A DNA stretch of 64,000 nt from a virus. This document shows positions 61,362 to 64,000 of this stretch, piece after piece. Location of the stretch: the IMG/VR virus record IMGVR_UViG_3300027815_000003, positions 1-64,000 of that record; one strand, 5' to 3'. Position 1 is the stretch's first letter, and each line of letters opens with the position of its first letter. The notes beneath the pieces are model-generated. The model was not told where the DNA came from and ran no database searches. It saw nothing but the letters and a program-made list of their open reading frames with translations. Position numbers and translations under genes: made by a program.

Positions 61362-62534
61362 TCAATCACAACGAGACCAACCGCATTTCTTGCACCTCAT
61401 ACATCCCTCTTCAAATACTAATTTACTATTACACTGTAAACAAACCTCTCCTTTAGGAACTTCTGTACCATCTTTTATGTATTTTTTAAGTGTCCTTGCG
61501 ACACCAGATTGCCAAGAAGATAATGGACTTTCTCCATTAGTAAATGAAAGGGACTGTACGGTTGATATAACATATTGTAATGGTTGTCCATGTCTTAATG
61601 CCGCCGAAATTAATTTACCGTATCCCCAGTATTCTTTATTAAAAGCTGTCCCTAAGCCCTTTATAGATATTTCATTCCCATTTTTATCTATATAAATAAA
61701 CTCATATCTCCCTTCCCCCTGTATCCCGCTATTTTTTCTTATTTTACCTTTTTCTACATAAAGAGGAATTGGAAATTGCTCTAATTTACCAGTAAATATC
61801 TCATATGGCTTATTATTTAAAAGTCCCGTAAAAGCAACCCATTTTTCTTTATTATTAATAAATCTATTTACATCAGCATCCAAAATTTTAGGACGTTTCG
61901 GAGCATTATTTTCTTTAAAAATATTTTCTATTTGCACAATTCCAGTATCATTTTCATCTACCAATACACCAGATCTAGAACCATCTCTATAAATAGTAGC
62001 CCCTTTACAACCAGATTCCCAAGCAAAAAAATAAACATCACTAACCATTTCTGGTGTAACTGTTTTAGGTAAATTTTGGGTGCTGCTTATACTATGTGTA
62101 ATTTTAGATTGTATTGCCGACTGTATTTCAATTCTTTTTTTCCAATCTATATCCATAGCTGTAGATTTATAATATGGACTGTCTATTATATTATTTTTAC
62201 CAGTTAAATCCATCCATAATTTTAACTTATTGTGATAAACAACATACTCTTGCCAAGAATCTCCATTTTGGTCTACAAAATCAATTTTTATATTTTTATC
62301 ACTAGGATTTATTTTTCTTCTACGTTTATAAGAAAGAGAATAAACTGGTTCTATTCCAGAAGATGTCTGAGAAAGAATTGACAAACTATTATGAGAAATT
62401 ATTTTATTTTCTAATAAATAGTTATGTGTATTCTCAACTTCTATATCCATAGTATATTCTATACAATCTTGTTTACTTATTATTTCTATTTCTTCGTATT
62501 TTAAATTTGAAATATTAATTATGTTTTCCATCAT
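61362..62534 (-). CDS. nrdJ: split-intein C-fragment fused to the C-terminal part of a class II ribonucleotide reductase
   Basis: 49-aa IntC ending NKIISHN, then SLSILSQTSSGIEP, ITHSISST, GCKGATIYRDGSR, TSCPD-like region, EEGCMRCKKCGWSRC. Confidence 0.9.
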   Translation of the reverse strand: MMENIINISNLKYEEIEIISKQDCIEYTMDIEVENTHNYLLENKIISHNSLSILSQTSSGIEPVYSLSYKRRRKINPSDKNIKIDFVDQNGDSWQEYVVYHNKLKLWMDLTGKNNIIDSPYYKSTAMDIDWKKRIEIQSAIQSKITHSISSTQNLPKTVTPEMVSDVYFFAWESGCKGATIYRDGSRSGVLVDENDTGIVQIENIFKENNAPKRPKILDADVNRFINNKEKWVAFTGLLNNKPYEIFTGKLEQFPIPLYVEKGKIRKNSGIQGEGRYEFIYIDKNGNEISIKGLGTAFNKEYWGYGKLISAALRHGQPLQYVISTVQSLSFTNGESPLSSWQSGVARTLKKYIKDGTEVPKGEVCLQCNSKLVFEEGCMRCKKCGWSRCD

Positions 62535-62535
62535 A

Positions 62536-63726
62536 TTAATTACCCCTTTTTTGATAAATTTGTTTCAATAAACTATTTATTACAATTTCTGGTTCTTTTA
62601 CAAAATCACTTTGCCAAATTATAATAAATTCAACACCAAATTTTTCTTGTGCAATTTCAATTCTTTTTTTATCTTTTTCTCTTATTAAGATATCTTCATC
62701 TTTATTAAATTTTTGTGGATTTCTATGCCAATAATCTCCATAAAATTCAATAGCTAAATTTATATCTTTTATATAAAAATCTGGTTTTATCATTTTAATT
62801 TTTTCACTATTAATAAAAAACATATATTCATTTTTACCATAATATATATATTTAAAATCACTAATTATTAAATCAAATAACCAATTAAATAATTCTAAAG
62901 AAATTTTAGATACTGGTAATATTCTGCTTCTTAACCAGCTAATATATTTATCAAGCCCATTCTTATCCCCATATTTTTTTATTAATTTTTCTAAAGTAAT
63001 TGCATGAGATTTACATATTTCATTATATTTAACTATACCATATTTTTTAATTAAAACTTCTCTATTTTTAGATTGTTTTTGTATCTCCAACCATTTTAAA
63101 TATTTTTCATCACCTATAATTTCACCGTATTTATCTATAAAATTTTCAAGAGAGTTTGATTTTTTCTTATTAGTTTCTATATATTTTTCTTTTCCTTTTT
63201 CTTCGCCGTATATATTAATAAATTTTTCTAAAGTAGACGTACTTTGTCTTTCTGCTAATATTTTTTCTGATTCTTCTTTTGAAAATCCTTTTTCAATATA
63301 ATAACATATTCTGGTGTTATGTTTTCTGTTATTATATTTAGAGTCTTTATTTATTTTTATTTCATCTTTAACTATACATTTCTTACAAAAATCATCATAT
63401 TTTATTTTACCTAATTCTTCGCCATATCGTTTAATAAAATTATCCAAAGAACCAGCTACATTTTTTCTCCAATTATTATAAACTTCTGTCCCTTTTTTAA
63501 TGCCATACTGCTTAATACTTCTTTCTAAAGACATACCAAATTCTCTTTTATTCCTTTTTTCTAAATATAATTTTTCTCCTTCTTCTTTACCATATTTTAA
63601 AATATATTTTTCTAATAAAAAAGCTCTACAAAATTTCCAATATTTTTCTATTGCTTCTTCTTCGCCAAACTCCGATAATAATGCTGCCCATTTTGTTGGA
63701 TATAAAGATATATTTATTTTTCTCAT
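62536..63726 (-). CDS. free-standing Vsr-like homing endonuclease between the split-intein halves
   Basis: KYG.E.G repeats; KPDFYI...AIEFYGDYWH...KDKKR...IIWQSD. Confidence 0.85.
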   Translation of the reverse strand: MRKINISLYPTKWAALLSEFGEEEAIEKYWKFCRAFLLEKYILKYGKEEGEKLYLEKRNKREFGMSLERSIKQYGIKKGTEVYNNWRKNVAGSLDNFIKRYGEELGKIKYDDFCKKCIVKDEIKINKDSKYNNRKHNTRICYYIEKGFSKEESEKILAERQSTSTLEKFINIYGEEKGKEKYIETNKKKSNSLENFIDKYGEIIGDEKYLKWLEIQKQSKNREVLIKKYGIVKYNEICKSHAITLEKLIKKYGDKNGLDKYISWLRSRILPVSKISLELFNWLFDLIISDFKYIYYGKNEYMFFINSEKIKMIKPDFYIKDINLAIEFYGDYWHRNPQKFNKDEDILIREKDKKRIEIAQEKFGVEFIIIWQSDFVKEPEIVINSLLKQIYQKRGN

Positions 63727-63797
63727 AACTAAAGCTCCTATAATATTCTTAATTATATTATATCATACTTTAGTGCTTTAGTAAACATTTTATTATT

Positions 63798-63998
63798 TTA
63801 TTGAAGTTTTAATATTTTATCACCTATATTTAAATCTTTTGATTCTTTCCAAATTGCTTCTTTATCGTTTATCTTAACTAAAAATTTATGAGTTTGAGAT
63901 GTCTTTATTACAGAAAAATCATCAAATTTAAATTGATAACCTTTTGTTATCCCATTCCAATATAATTTTGTTATTTTTTGTTTTTGATTATTAAAATC
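63798..63998 (-). CDS. nrdJ: 3' end of nrdJ N-fragment carrying the split-intein N-half (partial; runs off the window)
   Basis: ...KITKLYWNG...KTSQTHKFLV...WKESKDLNIGDKILKLQ* (block B TxxH, then stop). Confidence 0.85.
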   Translation of the reverse strand, partial: DFNNQKQKITKLYWNGITKGYQFKFDDFSVIKTSQTHKFLVKINDKEAIWKESKDLNIGDKILKLQ

Positions 63999-64000
63999 AA

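Noticed and set aside
4533-63781. About 40 short plus-strand ORFs in the track (e.g. 4533-4784, 28027-28323, 55484-55936)
   Set aside because: They lie antisense to well-supported minus-strand genes, lack SD sites and motifs, and have shadow-frame composition (Phe/Ser/Ile/Leu-rich)

Overview
A 64 kb, strongly AT-rich slice of a large dsDNA phage genome (jumbo-phage-like). Almost every credible gene is on the minus strand; the only convincing plus-strand genes are two HNH endonucleases antisense to tRNA genes. Left part (1-30 kb): dense small ORFs driven by about 20 copies of a sigma70-like promoter with a phased upstream TACGTA-N4-TACGTA dyad, plus tRNAs (several unusual, one split), homing endonucleases, a disrupted DNA methyltransferase, a candidate ~0.9 kb structured ncRNA and an intein-containing Ycf46-type AAA ATPase module. 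Middle (31-42 kb): a Ro60/TROVE gene with several Y-RNA-like RNAs, a vWA protein, a nucleotidyltransferase, SLOG and IF3-like genes. Right (43-64 kb): prohead protease, ClpP, an intein-containing portal, a 1743-aa polyprotein (CCA-adding enzyme, ART-like, two zincins, GNAT), a 2H phosphoesterase, two endonuclease VII paralogs and a class II ribonucleotide reductase fractured by a split intein with a free-standing endonuclease. All assignments come from motif recognition and manual pairing by eye; no database search, covariance model or folding program was run.
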